Assembly (NCBI RefSeq): GCF_006345805.1
Contig: NC_042998.1
Span: 79,608,001-79,672,000 of the forward strand
Source of the DNA: Octopus sinensis
Lineage: Eukaryota
DNA length: 64,000 nt
Reading direction: 5' to 3'
Translations under genes and position numbers: made by a program
The notes under the pieces: generated by a model
What the model was told of the DNA's origin: nothing
Seen by the model: the letters and a program-made list of their open reading frames with translations, nothing else
The model's database searches: none
Part shown: in pieces, positions 1 through 12,617 of the stretch
Layout: each line of letters starts with the position of its first letter
How positions within the stretch are numbered: position 1 is the stretch's first letter

Positions 1-104
1 AGTTACGGACTGGGGTCGATATAACCGACTTAATCCGTTTGTCTGTCCTTGTTTGTCCTCTCTGTGTTTAGCTCCTTCTGGGTAGTAAAGAAATAGGTAT
101 TTCG

Positions 105-265
105 TCTGCAGCTATGTTCTGAGCTCAGATTCCGCCAAGGTTGATTTTGCCTTTCATCCTTTCGGGGTTGATAAATTGACTACCAGTCAAATACTGGGGT
201 TGATGTAATCGATTTGCCCCCTCCCACAAAATTTCAGGTCTTGTGCCTACAGTAGAAAGGATTAT
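105..265 (+). mobile_element. SINE with Nin/Deu-like central domain (partial)
   Basis: ttttgcctttcatcctttcggggttgataaattgactaccag..actggggttgatgtaatcg; the same family recurs at 23372, 34205 and 52927. Confidence 0.7.
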
Positions 266-1000
266 TAAGCTTGACATGAAAAATACCTTCGAATGTCTGC
301 GTCGCGACCACTTTCTCAAAGCCAACTCCATCTACCTACCTGCTGGCTTACTTGTCACACGTATCTCCAAGCATGCTTCTAACTACGGACAAGATTATAC
401 CGTCTTTGATTGGTGTCCAACAGAGCGATCCATTCGACTCCCTCTTCTTCATTCTCAGGGTGGACAGCGTTGTTCGTAGCATTGTAACTCCTCTCAGCGT
501 TTGGTACCTGGACGATGCAATGAGAGTGCCTGCATGATTTTCAACCAGTTGTTCCTGCTCAGGCGAGGATCAGCCTAGTGATGAACTCATTCATATTGTA
601 GATGGCTTCACAGCCTTCATCTTGGAGGAGTGATCATTACTCCACCAGATGCAAGTGGCCTCGAAAGAACCTTGATTTGTTGATCCTATCCTACCATTTG
701 CTCTACGCTCAGGTCCAGGCTATGCCAGTTCGAAACTCTGACAAACAGACTGAACCTGATCGGGAACTGCTCTCAGTGAGATCATAAACCATGGCCTAGA
801 CACTGCAGGCTTCCCCTCCCAGCTCGAGCCAGCAGAGCTAGGGAGTGGGGTCGATAAAAAGCCTGATGGCATGACAGTTTTCACGTTCCACGGTGGTAGG
901 GCCCCGTCATCTAGGATGTCATATACTGCGACACCTTTTCCAGCGGCAAACTGGTTGTGTTCGGCTGCCAGTCCAGGCTTCGCTACGAGTCAATTGTAGA
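266..1000 (+). mobile_element. decayed, internally deleted CRE-clade non-LTR retrotransposon (RT plus restriction-like endonuclease)
   Basis: Fragments KLDMKNTFECLRRDH, GVQQSDPFDSLFF..VWYLDD and LDTAGFPSQLEPAELGSGVDKKPDGMTVFTFHGGRA..I*DVIYCDTF match the CRE-type RT (WYLDD) and the PD-type REL endonuclease. Confidence 0.72.
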
Positions 1001-1238
1001 ATAGAGTTACATTACAACTAAATATATCGCGTAATATCAGAAATGTGTTAAAAATTGTTTGGTATGTGTCACGGTGCTTTTCTTTTATGGGCTATACTTC
1101 TGGTTCCAGTTATTCTTCCACCCTATTTAACAAGTAGGTCACGAGATCAAATAAAACAATTAGCGCCAGAAACAAATATGCAAATAAAATATTTGTTCAA
1201 GGGAGATTACTCTCGATTATATTTTGATCACGTTATAA

Positions 1239-1600
1239 ATGATGGCGACTGCGGCAAGGATGTGTGGGCTGTATTTGTTGTTTCTACTCTCTCTTCTTTT
1301 ACAACAAACTGATGCCGAATATCAACCTAACTGGGAATCTCTTGATAAAAGAATTATTCCTTCATGGTACGACGAGGCGAAGTTTGGTATATTTCTTCAC
1401 TGGGGCGTTTTCTCCGTACCGAGCTATGGTTCCGAGTGGTTTTGGTGGTACTGGAAAGGAAGTAAAAACCCTTATTATGTTGATTTTATGAACAAGAATT
1501 ATCCTCCTGACTTTACTTATGCAGATTTTGCGCCGAAATTTACCACGGAATTTTTCAATGCTAAAGAATGGGCAAACTTATTTGAAGCTGCTGGAGCCAA
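1239..1600 (+). CDS. FUCA: alpha-L-fucosidase (GH29) exon 1, with signal peptide
   Basis: [26 protein letters not shown] (hydrophobic signal peptide), then [38 protein letters not shown], the GH29 N-terminus. GT donor at 1601, phase 2 (AA|A = K). Symbol given as FUCA because FUCA1 and FUCA2 cannot be distinguished here. Confidence 0.97.
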
Positions 1601-2133
1601 GTATTTTTTTCTCTTTTCTGCACTCCAAATCTCACTTGCTTATTACTGTTGTAAATGTACACTTTAAAAAAATCTATATAAATCATTTGGCTTCATTCCT
1701 TGCTGTATACAGTCTATCACGTTATAACATGTTTGGTCATAAGCTGAATGAATTTTTATAGATGAATTGCTTGTTTAGCCTATAGCCTTACTGTCATTTG
1801 TGGAATACTACATCATGAAATAGATCAGATATAGAGTCTCTCATATACTTAGGAGTTATAGAGGCAATCTTCCATTGGTTTGGAAAAGCAGCTCCAGTAA
1901 AGCACAAGGGAAATAGGGATCACAGGGGTATTCAGGTGGGAATTTGATCAGGGAAGATGTCTTTATTGGTTCTGAGGTCCCACACCCAATGATCATGATT
2001 TCTTTTGAGTTGAATATCATTCTCTGTAGCCTTTTATTGAGAGGTGGCATAAATACGTAGACCTGGTCATTCGTCATCAATGTTTGATATGCAACACTTT
2101 CCTGCAAAAATTTGGCAAAAGGTTGAATCTATA

Positions 2134-2430
2134 TCATCATCATTATCGTCGTTTAACGTCCGCTTTCCATGCTAGCATGGGTTGGACGATTTGACTGAGG
2201 TCTGGCGAACCAGATGGCTGCACCAGACTCCAATCTGATCTGGCAGAGTTTCTACAGCTGGATGCCCTTCCTAATGCCAACCACTCCGAGAGTGCAGTGG
2301 ATGCTTTTACGTGCCACCTGCACGAGGGCCAGTTAGGTGGTACTGGCAACGGCCACACTCAAATGGTGCTTTTTATGTGCCACCTGCACAGGAGCCAGTC
2401 CAGCGGCACTGGCAACAACCCCGCTCGAAT
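2134..2430 (-). mobile_element. RTE LINE 3' end with (ATG)n tail
   Basis: catcatcat..gtttaacgtccgctttccatgctagcatgggttgg..ggatgcccttcctaa. The same 3' UTR is joined to RTE coding sequence at 63005-63610. Confidence 0.75.
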
Positions 2431-4417
2431 GTTTTTTTTTCTATATAATAATCTGCTTGTTTGTTCACCTGTTATACTTTAGTGAGAGAAGGGGAGGGAG
2501 AAGTGAAGAAAGAAGAGAGGAAGAAGTAAAGAAATAGTACACTTAGGCCAAATGTGTCTCATGGTCAGCTGAAGGTAGAGGCTAAGAATGAGAGAAAAGT
2601 GGGAAAGAGAAGTGTTAATGATATGCAGTGGGGTAGGAAAGGAATACTTATTACGTGGTTAAAAAGTTAGCAGAAGGGAAAGGTGAAGAGAGAAAGAGAT
2701 ATGTTTAGGATACAATATTTAGCAGAGAATGATGGGGTTAAGGAAAGGTAGATAGAGATGGATAGGGGAGGCAGTTATAGTGACCATTGCTTAACGCATT
2801 TGCATAAGTGGTATTATTTATCATCTGCTCACTTATTAATATTTGTTTATAAAGAAGTTTGCTTGCCAACCACATGGTTTTAGGTTCAGTCTCACTGCAT
2901 GGCACTTTAGGCAAGTGTCTTCTATTATAACCCTGGGCCAACTAAAGCCTTGTAGGTGGATTTGATAGCTGGAAACTGAAAGAAGTTTGTTGTGTGTGTT
3001 GTGTATTACTCTGTTACTTGTTTCAGTCATCTGACTGCAGCCATGCTGAAGTGTGTGTGTTACTGTCATCTTTCTTTAACATTGTATGACAGTTGTAAAT
3101 AAGTGTCACTGTCATGCAAGCAGTGTCCTTTGTTTCCAATCTTCTGTGAAAATATGTCTGGTCATGGGGAAATATTGACTTAGAAAAAGGTGAGGGTTGG
3201 AGACATGTTGGATAAGTTAGTCATAAATACATTATGCATAAATATAAAAGATGAGGTGGTCATGGCTAGAAAACCTTTAATCAAAGTTCTGTTTGGTCAA
3301 TACTGACTTAAGGTTAGACAACAACAATAGAACCAAACTGTAAGAAATCTGACTCAACAAGTTCCATCTGACGCTTGCGAGTAAGGACTGGTGGATGTTA
3401 AAATGATGATGAAGGGAAGTTCTAGATTTGAAATGCTTTAAAATTAGGAGATATAGTGAAACCATTTAAGACAAATTTTATTTAATCTTTAATTCTTTAG
3501 CATTCAGACTAGCCATATCTGGCCCAAATATTCTACCTGTTTCATGTGCAAGCCAGCCAGATCCAGCCTTTCATAACTACTCTATAATGTCAGTTTAAAA
3601 ATAAATAGTGACATCATCAAAACCTTGAAGCTATGAGAAACAATGTGAATAAATATTACATTTGACAGAATAATCTGAATGCTAAAGGGTTAAACAGTTT
3701 TTGTGTTTTTTTTGTTTAAAAAAAATTTTTTTTTGTTGCTATAGAACGAAAGAAACTCATATCATACTAGAAAAATAATGTAGATAACTCAACAAATCCA
3801 ACCCAAGACACCTAAATGTTTCACAAAGCTTGTTCCTCTCCAGATACCACATTCACCTCTGACCCACATCCAACCACAACAAACATATGGACAGATTCCC
3901 AAATCTCGTAACTTATCTGCCCATCATCATCATCATCACACTAACAAATCAATCAACAAAACAAAAACAACTTTACAATAAAATAATTATAGAAGCTTCT
4001 ATGAAACACATTCCATACAATTTTTAATTTTGAGTCTCTTTATTCTGAGTTTAAATTCCACTTGGCTCAGTTTTAACTTTCATCTCTCTAAAGTTGTTTG
4101 TCAGTCCCAGATCAGCCCTGAAAAAACAGCCTAATAGACCCCCATCTTTTTGTAACTCAGATCTATAACTACAATATCCAATGTGTCCTTATTTTTTAAG
4201 ATGGTAGGATGTGATTTGAAGTATATTTAACTGCTATTTCTAGCAGATCAAATCGTCACAAAGACGTACCCTCAGTAATAGAATAAGTTCTAACTATATT
4301 CTATAGTGAATCTGATCAGTTATATTTCTCTCCTAAAACATAGTTTTGTGTCTAGTAAAAAAAAAAAAAAAATCTTGTTTACTGCCAAACTCACCACAAA
4401 TTTATGTTATCTTACAG

Positions 4418-4524
4418 ATATGTAGTACTAACAAGCAAACATCATGAAGGTTTTACAAATTGGCCATCAAAAGTATCATGGAATTGGAATTCAATGGATG
4501 TTGGACCTCACAGAGATCTTGTAG
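4418..4524 (+). CDS. FUCA: alpha-L-fucosidase exon 2
   Basis: ttacag|ATATGTAG..CTTGTAG|gtatgt; (K)[35 protein letters not shown](G), containing the KHHEGF motif. Confidence 0.97.
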
Positions 4525-5309
4525 GTATGTAAGTCATTTTTTTTATTAGTGTTCATATGTAAATTATTGATTGTTGGAATTCTTATTTGACCTCATTATC
4601 ATTTAACTACTTTTGAAAATATTTAATTTGTTAAATCCAGAAAGCGAAAAGTATGCTTATATTCTGTATATAGCTAATGAGGTGTATGTGTGGCTGTGTG
4701 GTAAGAAGTTTGCTTCCCAATCACATGGTCTTGGGTTCAGTTCCACTGCGTGGCACCTTGGGCAAGTTTATTCCACTATAGTTCCAGGGCTGATCAAGGC
4801 CTTGGATGTAGATTTGGTAGATGAAAACTGAAAGAAGCCCATTGTATGTGTGTGTTACTGTATCTTTCTCTTAACATTACATGATATTTGTAAACAAGTG
4901 TCACTTTCATGCAAATGGAGTTCTTTCCAATCTTCTGTGAAAACGTTTGTGGTCCTGGGAAAACATTACTTTACATTTTAAAAGTGGGGAGACATGTTGG
5001 ATAAGTTAGTCGTAAATACATTATGCATAAATATAAAAGATGAGGTGTTCATGGCTAGAACACCTTTAATCAAAGTTCTGTTTGGTTTCACACTGGCTTA
5101 GGGTTAAACAACAACAATAACAATAGAACCAAACTAACTATGTTGCTGTATATAGTTTTATATTTCTTGATTTTAAGGTCTATTTCCATGAGTGTTTACT
5201 TTACTTTTGATTAATAAAATATGTGCAAATAAAATATTCCATAATTCATTCAGTTGCCAACCTTACGTCCTCCTTCATAAAAAACTGACCTTGTATTTGA
5301 TCAATAAAA

Positions 5310-5900
5310 TCATCATCATCATTTAACGTCCGCTTTCCATGCTAGCATGAGTTGAACGATTTGACTGAGGACTGGCGAACCAGATGGCTGCACCAGGCTC
5401 CAGTCTGATCTGGCAGAGTTTCTACTGCTGGATGCCCTTCCTAACGCCAACCACTCCGAGAGTGTAGTGGGTGCTTTTACGTGCCACTGGCACGAGGGCC
5501 AGTCTGGCAATACTGGCAACAGCCTCGCTCAGATGATGTTTTTTATGTGCCACCTGCACAGGAGTCAGTCCAGCAGCACTGGCAACGACCTCGCTCGAAT
5601 GTTTTGTTCACATGCCAGTAGGTCGATGCAGGCAATGATCACACTCAAATGGTGGCTTTTACGTGCCACTGGCACGGAAGCCAGACAGCTGCTCTGGCAG
5701 TGATCCCGCTCGGATGGAGCTGTTAGCGCTCCACTGGCACAGGTACCAGTCATCGAATTTGGTTCAATTTCGATTTCACTTGCCCCAACAGGTCTTCACA
5801 AGCAGAGTTTAGTGTCCAATGGAGGAAGGTGGGCATGGGTGGCAGTCGAATTTGGTTCGATTTCAAATTCAATTTCGATTTTGATTTCACTTGCATCAAC
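5310..5900 (-). mobile_element. RTE LINE 3' end with (ATG)n tail
   Basis: Same family as 2134-2430, longer copy with internal gtgccac(t/c)ggcac repeats. Confidence 0.75.
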
Positions 5901-6718
5901 AAGTCTTTGCAAGCAGAGGTCTTTGCATTTGTATGTAAATATTAGATGATATTAGTTCTACCATACATGCTAAGAGATTTCTGATAACAAGAGTTGTGTG
6001 GAGATGGAAAGCAAGCCTATATTCCTAGTTCAATGTTTTACTTGTTTTAGTCACTGGACTGCAACCATACCAGGAAACCACCTTGAAGGGTTTAGTCCAA
6101 TGAATCTACCTCAGTACTTACCTTTTGTTAAAGTCTGTACTTATACTATCAGTCTCTTAACCCTTTAGCATTTAATCAGCCATATCCAGCCCAAATATTT
6201 TACCTGTTTTATGACCAGATCCAAACTCTCACACCTACCCTACAATGTCATTCTAATAATATATATGGACACCATTGAAATTTTGAAGCTACAAAATAAA
6301 TTGTGATTTATTCAAAACTGTGAATAAATAAGCCTTTCATTGGACAAAGAAATCTGAATGCTAAAGGGTTATGCCAGATTGCTTAGTCTTGGGGATGTAA
6401 ACAAACCAACACCAGTTGTCAAGTGGTAGAGTGATAGACACACACACACATACCCCTCCACAGACAGAGACATGGTCTTCCATACAGTTTCTATCCATCA
6501 AATTTACTCACAAGGCATGGTTTGGCCCAGAACTATAGTAGAAGATAATAGCTGAAGGTGCTATACAGTTGTATTGAACCTGAAACCACATGGTGGCAAA
6601 CTGAGTTTCTTAGCCACATGGCCATGCAACTATGAATCATTATCAAACTGTTTTGCATAAAGTTCTGTCATTCTTTTCATTGCAGTAGAATGTCTTATAA
6701 TTTGATTTTAAATTCCAG

Positions 6719-6846
6719 GTGAATTCGCTGCAGCTGTCAAAAAGACTTCCGTTCATTTCGGCTTATACCATTCATTATTAGAATGGTTTCATCCACTCTA
6801 TTTGAAAGATAAAGCTTCCAACTTTACAACACATGACTTTGCTAAG
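6719..6846 (+). CDS. FUCA: alpha-L-fucosidase exon 3
   Basis: ttccag|GT..GCTAAG|gtacat; GEFAAAVKKTSVHFGLYHSLLEWFHPLYLKDKASNFTTHDFAK. Confidence 0.96.
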
Positions 6847-8405
6847 GTACATATAGACATACACTTTATCAAATTGTTTATTCAAATTATCATGCAACAC
6901 TATTATTATTATTGTTCCTCTCCACTTCTATCCAGCATATCCAACCAGCAAAAAAACTAGGTACTACAGTTTTATCATATTTGTTTGGTTGCTTGTTTTC
7001 TGGTTATTTCAGAAACTACTAAAATTTGAAACACTAAGTCTTTTATCAATAATTACTGAGCAAACGAATTTCGTTCTTTGAGAGATTTATTTGGATATCA
7101 AATAGGTGCATATGTGACTGTGTAGTAAGAAGTTTGCTTCCCAATCATGAGGTTTTCGGTTCAGTCCCACTGTGTGGCATCTTGGGCAAGTGTCTTCTAC
7201 TATAGCCCTGGATAATCAATCCACTTGATGGAAAACTGAAATAAGTTGACGCACGTATATCTATCTATGTGTATATGTGTGTGTGTTATTGTCTCTATTC
7301 CTTGACTTCAAGTGATATCTGTAAACGAAAGTTACTGGCATGCAGTGTACTTCATTTCCAATCTTCTGTAAAAAGCATTGGTGTGGATGCTGGTGCCTCA
7401 TAAAAAGCACTGGTGATGGTGCAATGTAAAAAGCACCCAGTATCCTCTGTCTGTGGAGTGGTTGGCATTAGGAAGGACATCCAGCTGTGGAAACCAAGCC
7501 AAGACAGGCTATGGAACTTAGTGCAGACCCTGGCCTTGCCAGTTCCTGTCGAGCTGTCCAACCCATGCCAGCATGGAAAATGGATGTTAAATGTTGAGAC
7601 AATAATGGCAATGATATGAAAACACGTCTGGTCATTGGGAAGTATCACTTTATTTTGAAACAGGTGAGGGTTAGCAGTAGGAAGGGCATCTGGCTGTATA
7701 AATTCTACCTCAACAAATCCTATCTGACTCTTGCAATCATGGAAAAGTGAATATTAAACAAGGATGATGATAATGATGATGACCAAATGTCTGACTGAAG
7801 CCTATTAAGCATCTTATTTGCTGGGCAATGAAATGATTTACATGAACAGTTATACATAGCAACACAATTGTACAGATATTGGCAGTTATAATAATAGTGA
7901 AATACTGACATGTGTGTAGAAGTACATACACATTCAAAGGTACATAGCAACATTTCTTTTAGATGGAAGAAATTTTAATTGTTATCTGTACAAAATATAA
8001 TCACATGCACTCTATTGGTTACAACGATGAGGGCTCCAGCTGATCTGATCAATGTAACAGCCTGCTCATGAAATTATATGCAAGTGGCTGAACACTCCAC
8101 AAACTTGTATACCCTCTAACATAGTTCTCAAAGAGATTCAGCCTGACACAGAGTACGATATGGCTGGCCTTTTGAAATGCAGGTGGTACTCATTTTTGCC
8201 AGCTGAGTGGACTGGAGCAACATGAAATAAAGTGTCTTGTTAAAAAAAGATATATATATATATATATATATATTGGTTAATATGTGACTGTTTTGTACTG
8301 ATAACCGCAGGACCAGACATATTTTCAGAGAAGACTGGAATTCACCATAAAACTATCCCAAACCAAGTTTCTCCAAAGAAAAAAATATGCTTGTTTCCCA
8401 TTCTG

Positions 8406-8437
<32 letters not shown>

Positions 8438-8633
8438 AAGAATACTGATGGTAGGATTCAACTATGACTTGAGATATAGCATTTACCTAGAAACAAAAAA
8501 CTTGGTTCTGTGTACATGCTGGATTTGAAACTCCTTTTTCTAATTTTGTAATGTTCTCATGTTGTGGCCTATTTGGAAAGGCTTGCATGTTCCATAAAAA
8601 CATATAAATCTTTATTCTGTTTTTGACTGACAG

Positions 8634-8767
8634 ACAAAAGCTATACCAGAGCTTCATGAAATTGTTAAGGAATACAAACCAGAAGTGATTTGGTCTGATG
8701 GTGACTGGGAATGTGATGATACTTATTGGAATTCAACACAGTTCCTGGCTTGGTTATACAATGAAAG
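8634..8767 (+). CDS. FUCA: alpha-L-fucosidase exon 4 (catalytic nucleophile)
   Basis: tgacag|ACA..GAAAG|gtttgt; [44 protein letters not shown](S). The WSDG Asp is the GH29 nucleophile. Confidence 0.97.
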
Positions 8768-9449
8768 GTTTGTTTCAGTTTATTCTGATTTAGTTTAATA
8801 GTTAACCTTTGAAATTAAAGGAAATTCATATCTTGATACTTTAAACAATCTATATTTATATTAATTTACAATTGATACAAAATCTAGTAGTACATGTACA
8901 TGTGTGTATGTAAGCATGAGTGAAAGAGAGAGAGAACAAAGTGCGGGTATTTGTGAGATTTTACAAGTTGCAGTTTCAGCTTTTTTGCATGAACTATCCA
9001 GAAGAAGGAGGACAAGATTCCATGACCATGTTCACAGCCTCCAAAACTTGCAATAGAACGGACTAAAAGCACTCAAATTCCAGATGGTGGTTTGTATCTA
9101 GATGACAGATTAAAGCTATCACCTAAGGTTCATGTGAGAGAGAGTATGTGATGTGATATTAGTGATTGTGTGTACATGTAAGACAGTATTTGAGTAAAGA
9201 TATTTCAGAATTTAGTTCAAGCACATTGATGCTGTATAGAAGGAAATGAATTTCAAAGTAGATGGTGAATAATAATATACATGGTTTTGTGAGTCTTTCT
9301 TCATTGCTTTTAAGCAAATCCAGAACAGACATACAGACATATTCATAAATATGTAGTAGATATAGAGGCAAAATGACAACAATGATGTTGGACTATAACA
9401 TGAAAACATATCAGATTAATGAAAGCAGATAAGATGTTGGGCTATGACC

Positions 9450-10160
9450 AATTGACATGATATTGAACTATGACATCTACATGCACACTGATATTGCACA
9501 TTCAGTGTAACATACTAGCTTCATTCCTCTCCTGTCCTTACTTGTCCTCTGTATTCAGGTACCACATCTTACTACCATGTAGCATAGCTGTTCATACACA
9601 AGCATCATATAATCTGTCTTTTACGCACTCACAGAGAAATTTTTGGCCAACATAGATAATAGCTCTCTGAACTTTTTCCATTGTTCTCATTCTAACAACT
9701 ATATTTTCAGAACATTGTATTTCACTGCTAATTAGGTCACTTAGATAATAGAACATTTGAGAAAATCTAATTCTTGTTTTCTTAGTGTTTATTGTTCCTG
9801 TGCATCTGCCACATATAAAGACTACTTTCTCTGTTAACCTTTCACTGGGTACATTGTATGGAATTCCTTCCAATATACTTTCTACATATTGAGCAGAGAC
9901 TTTTACCTGGTAGGAAGAGAGTCTTATCTGTTTTCTTGCTAACTACAACTTTGGACTTTACTTAGTTAAATCAAGACCTTTTGATTCCAGGCTTTGCTTC
10001 CACACCTGGAATTTCTTTTCCAATTTCTACAGATTCTGGTATAAGAATGAGATCATCAACATATAGTAGTTCCCAAGGGTAGCCAACTCCTCTGTTATGG
10101 CTTGGGGAACTATGATGAATAGGAGGAGACTGACTACTTAGTCCTGGTGACACCCCTATA
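9450..10160 (-). mobile_element. decayed RTE reverse transcriptase fragments
   Basis: GYPWELLYVDDLILI and ACV*TAMLHGSKMWYLNTED, which are RTE RT and thumb motifs. Confidence 0.65.
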
Positions 10161-10446
10161 TATACATACATACATGCATGCATGCATGCATGCATGCATG
10201 CATGCATACATACATACATACATATATACATACTTATGTATGTACACATGCACACATAGAGGTATGGCTGCATGCTAAGAAGTTTGCTTCTTAACCACAA
10301 TCTTCCAGGTTCATTTCCACTGCATGGCACTTTGGGCAGGTGTCTTCTCTATAGCCTCAGGCTGACCAAAACCTTGTGAATGGATTTGGTAGATGGAAAC
10401 TGAAAGAAGCCTATCATGTGTGTGTATGTATGTATATATATATGTA

Positions 10447-10780
10447 TCATCATCATTGTTTAACGTCCGTTTTCCATGCTAGCATGGGTTGGACGGTTGG
10501 ACAGTTCGACAGGGGTCTGGGAAGCCAGGAGGCTGCACCAGGCTCCAGTCTGATCTGGCAGTGTTTCTACAGCTGGATGCCCTTCCTAACGTCAACCACT
10601 CTGTGAGTGTAGTGGATGCTTTTTACGTGCCACCGGCACAGGGGCCAGAGGAGGCTGACAACAGCCATGATCGGTTGGTGCTTTTTACGTGTCACTGGCA
10701 CAGATGCCAGTCAAGGTGGTGCTGGACCCGCCATGTTCGGATGGTGCTTTTTACATGTCACCGGCATGGGTATCACAACT
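10447..10780 (-). mobile_element. RTE LINE 3' end
   Basis: Same (ATG)n-tailed family. Confidence 0.7.
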
Positions 10781-10899
10781 ACAATTTATATATATATATA
10801 TATATATATGAAGGATCATGGGTGAGGCCAGAACAGTGCAAAGTAAATGCAAGGCAAATCACAAAAAAACGAATATATGAATTAATGTAGACTTACCTT

Positions 10900-12617
10900 G
10901 TATTCAATATTTCAGGGTTATGACCCCATTTTCAAGAAATTAACAAATGTTGCCTATGTGCGTGTGTGTGAGCATGTGTGGAGTGGACATGTGCAAAAAG
11001 GTGTTGCTATAAAAAGGTATTTCTTTTGGTGTATGAGGATGGCCTCAGAGATTTTAAGGTTGCTCCTATTCCACTGTGTTACCTTGATGTGCACTGTGAA
11101 TTCTCAGGTCTGGCATTTCCATAGATGTTTCTTCACGAAAGTGTCTGCCTGCATGTGTTCCTTAATGCATATATGCAGTTTTCTTGCTGTGCTTCCTTTG
11201 TAGGATGCGCTATATTTGCCACAGATGATCTTGTATAGGTCCTCTGGCACAATTCCAGGTCATTGATGGGGTAGTTCAATAATGTGCACTCCTTGGTGTA
11301 GTGAGAGATGTTCTTGAACAGAACTTTTCTCAGGGAAGGGCCAGTGTGCATTATTTGTATGTTGAGTCCTTCCCTGCAGACTGCATGTTGTATCACTGCA
11401 GTAGTTATGTTGTCAAAGTGTGGTAACTTTAGGAAGCACGTACCGGACTTGGGAGTATGATGGTTCTTCCGGGGTTTATTGACCTTGATGTTATTTAGAT
11501 GATGGGTAGCCATTGAAGGTTAGGTCTCTGAGGAACTGCTTGGTGTTGACGGCTTTGTTGGTAACATCACTGCAATTGTTGTTTATACATGCCATCTCAT
11601 TTCTCACGTATGCAGCTTTGGCTAACTGGTAGTGGACAAAAAGTTTTCTATTAGCAGCTTGTCTATAGAACTTGAAAATATGGAGCCTTCCTCTGTGATC
11701 TTGAGTTGAAAGTCGAGTAGAGAGAGGGATCCGGATTCATCTGGATGTTCAATCTTGAATTTGATATTTATGTCAGTGTTATTGAAGGTCCGGTGTATGT
11801 TAATGGCCTCTCCCCTGGAGAATGTGATGATAAGGATGTCATCAACATACCTGGAGAAGAAGATGCATGAGCGACAGGTGTAGAGTGCTGTGTGTTCTAG
11901 CTTATCCATGTACGTGATAGCCAGCTAGATCCCATAGGTAGGCCAGAAGTCTGTTTGTAAATCACATCGTTATGTTAGAAGTAGGTGTTACCAACCATAA
12001 TGGTTAGTAACTCTCATATTTCCGAGGGTGTGAGGCCGAAGAGTTGGAGGTTGATGGATGGGGATGTGAGAAAAAATGAAGGGGAAGATGGGGAGAAGGA
12101 GGTTGCAGGGAAGGGAGGAAGAGATGAGGAGGGAGATGGGGGAAAGGAGATGTGGAGGGAAATAAGGACATGATGTGATCTTTGAGGATATTAATGGCTG
12201 AGAGAGTGGGAATAGAGGTGTAGAGGGAAACTACGTCTAAACTAAAAGGTATTTGTTATTTTTAAGCATGGAGTGGTCGATATCTTTGAGTCTTGTGAAG
12301 ATTTCGTGGGAAATGCTGATGTGTCCGGGGAATACGTGTACTAAGGGCTTGAGGAGTTTGGAGAGGAGCTTTCTTGTAAGGCATTCTATCTCATGAAATA
12401 GTCTATTGTAATAGCATTGGTTTATCATGTCGTGTAAGCATGATAGAGAAGTGTCTGGATTGTCAGTTTGTTGTGCTAGCTTAGTTTTTAGATTAGTGAT
12501 ATTAAGGATGTGTTGAGAGAGCCTTCCGTGAAGGTGATTTAGTATTTTCTTATGAAGGTAGGTAATGTACTTACCTTCAGACAAAGGAAAAGAATTCTGC
12601 ATTATAGAGAAACCCAC
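10900..12617 (-). mobile_element. Penelope-like element relic (RT plus GIY-YIG endonuclease)
   Basis: LLSKLLKPL, LDVVSLYTSIP, KQTSGLPMGS, SRYVDDILII, IKFKIEHPDESGSLSLLDF, then FYIGST..LHMRIKEHM..EAILI; many stops and frameshifts. Confidence 0.85.
10903..10938 (-). ncRNA. degenerate minimal type I hammerhead relic at the PLE 3' end
   Basis: UUC UUGAAAA U GGGGU CAUA ACCCU GAAA UAUU GAA. Stem II and the palindromic stem III are present; the core has 2 substitutions. Confidence 0.45.

Noticed and set aside
1601-1667. ORF read-through past the FUCA exon 1 donor ([12 protein letters not shown]..)
   Set aside because: It is intron sequence. Homology continues in exon 2 at the conserved AK|YVVLT boundary.
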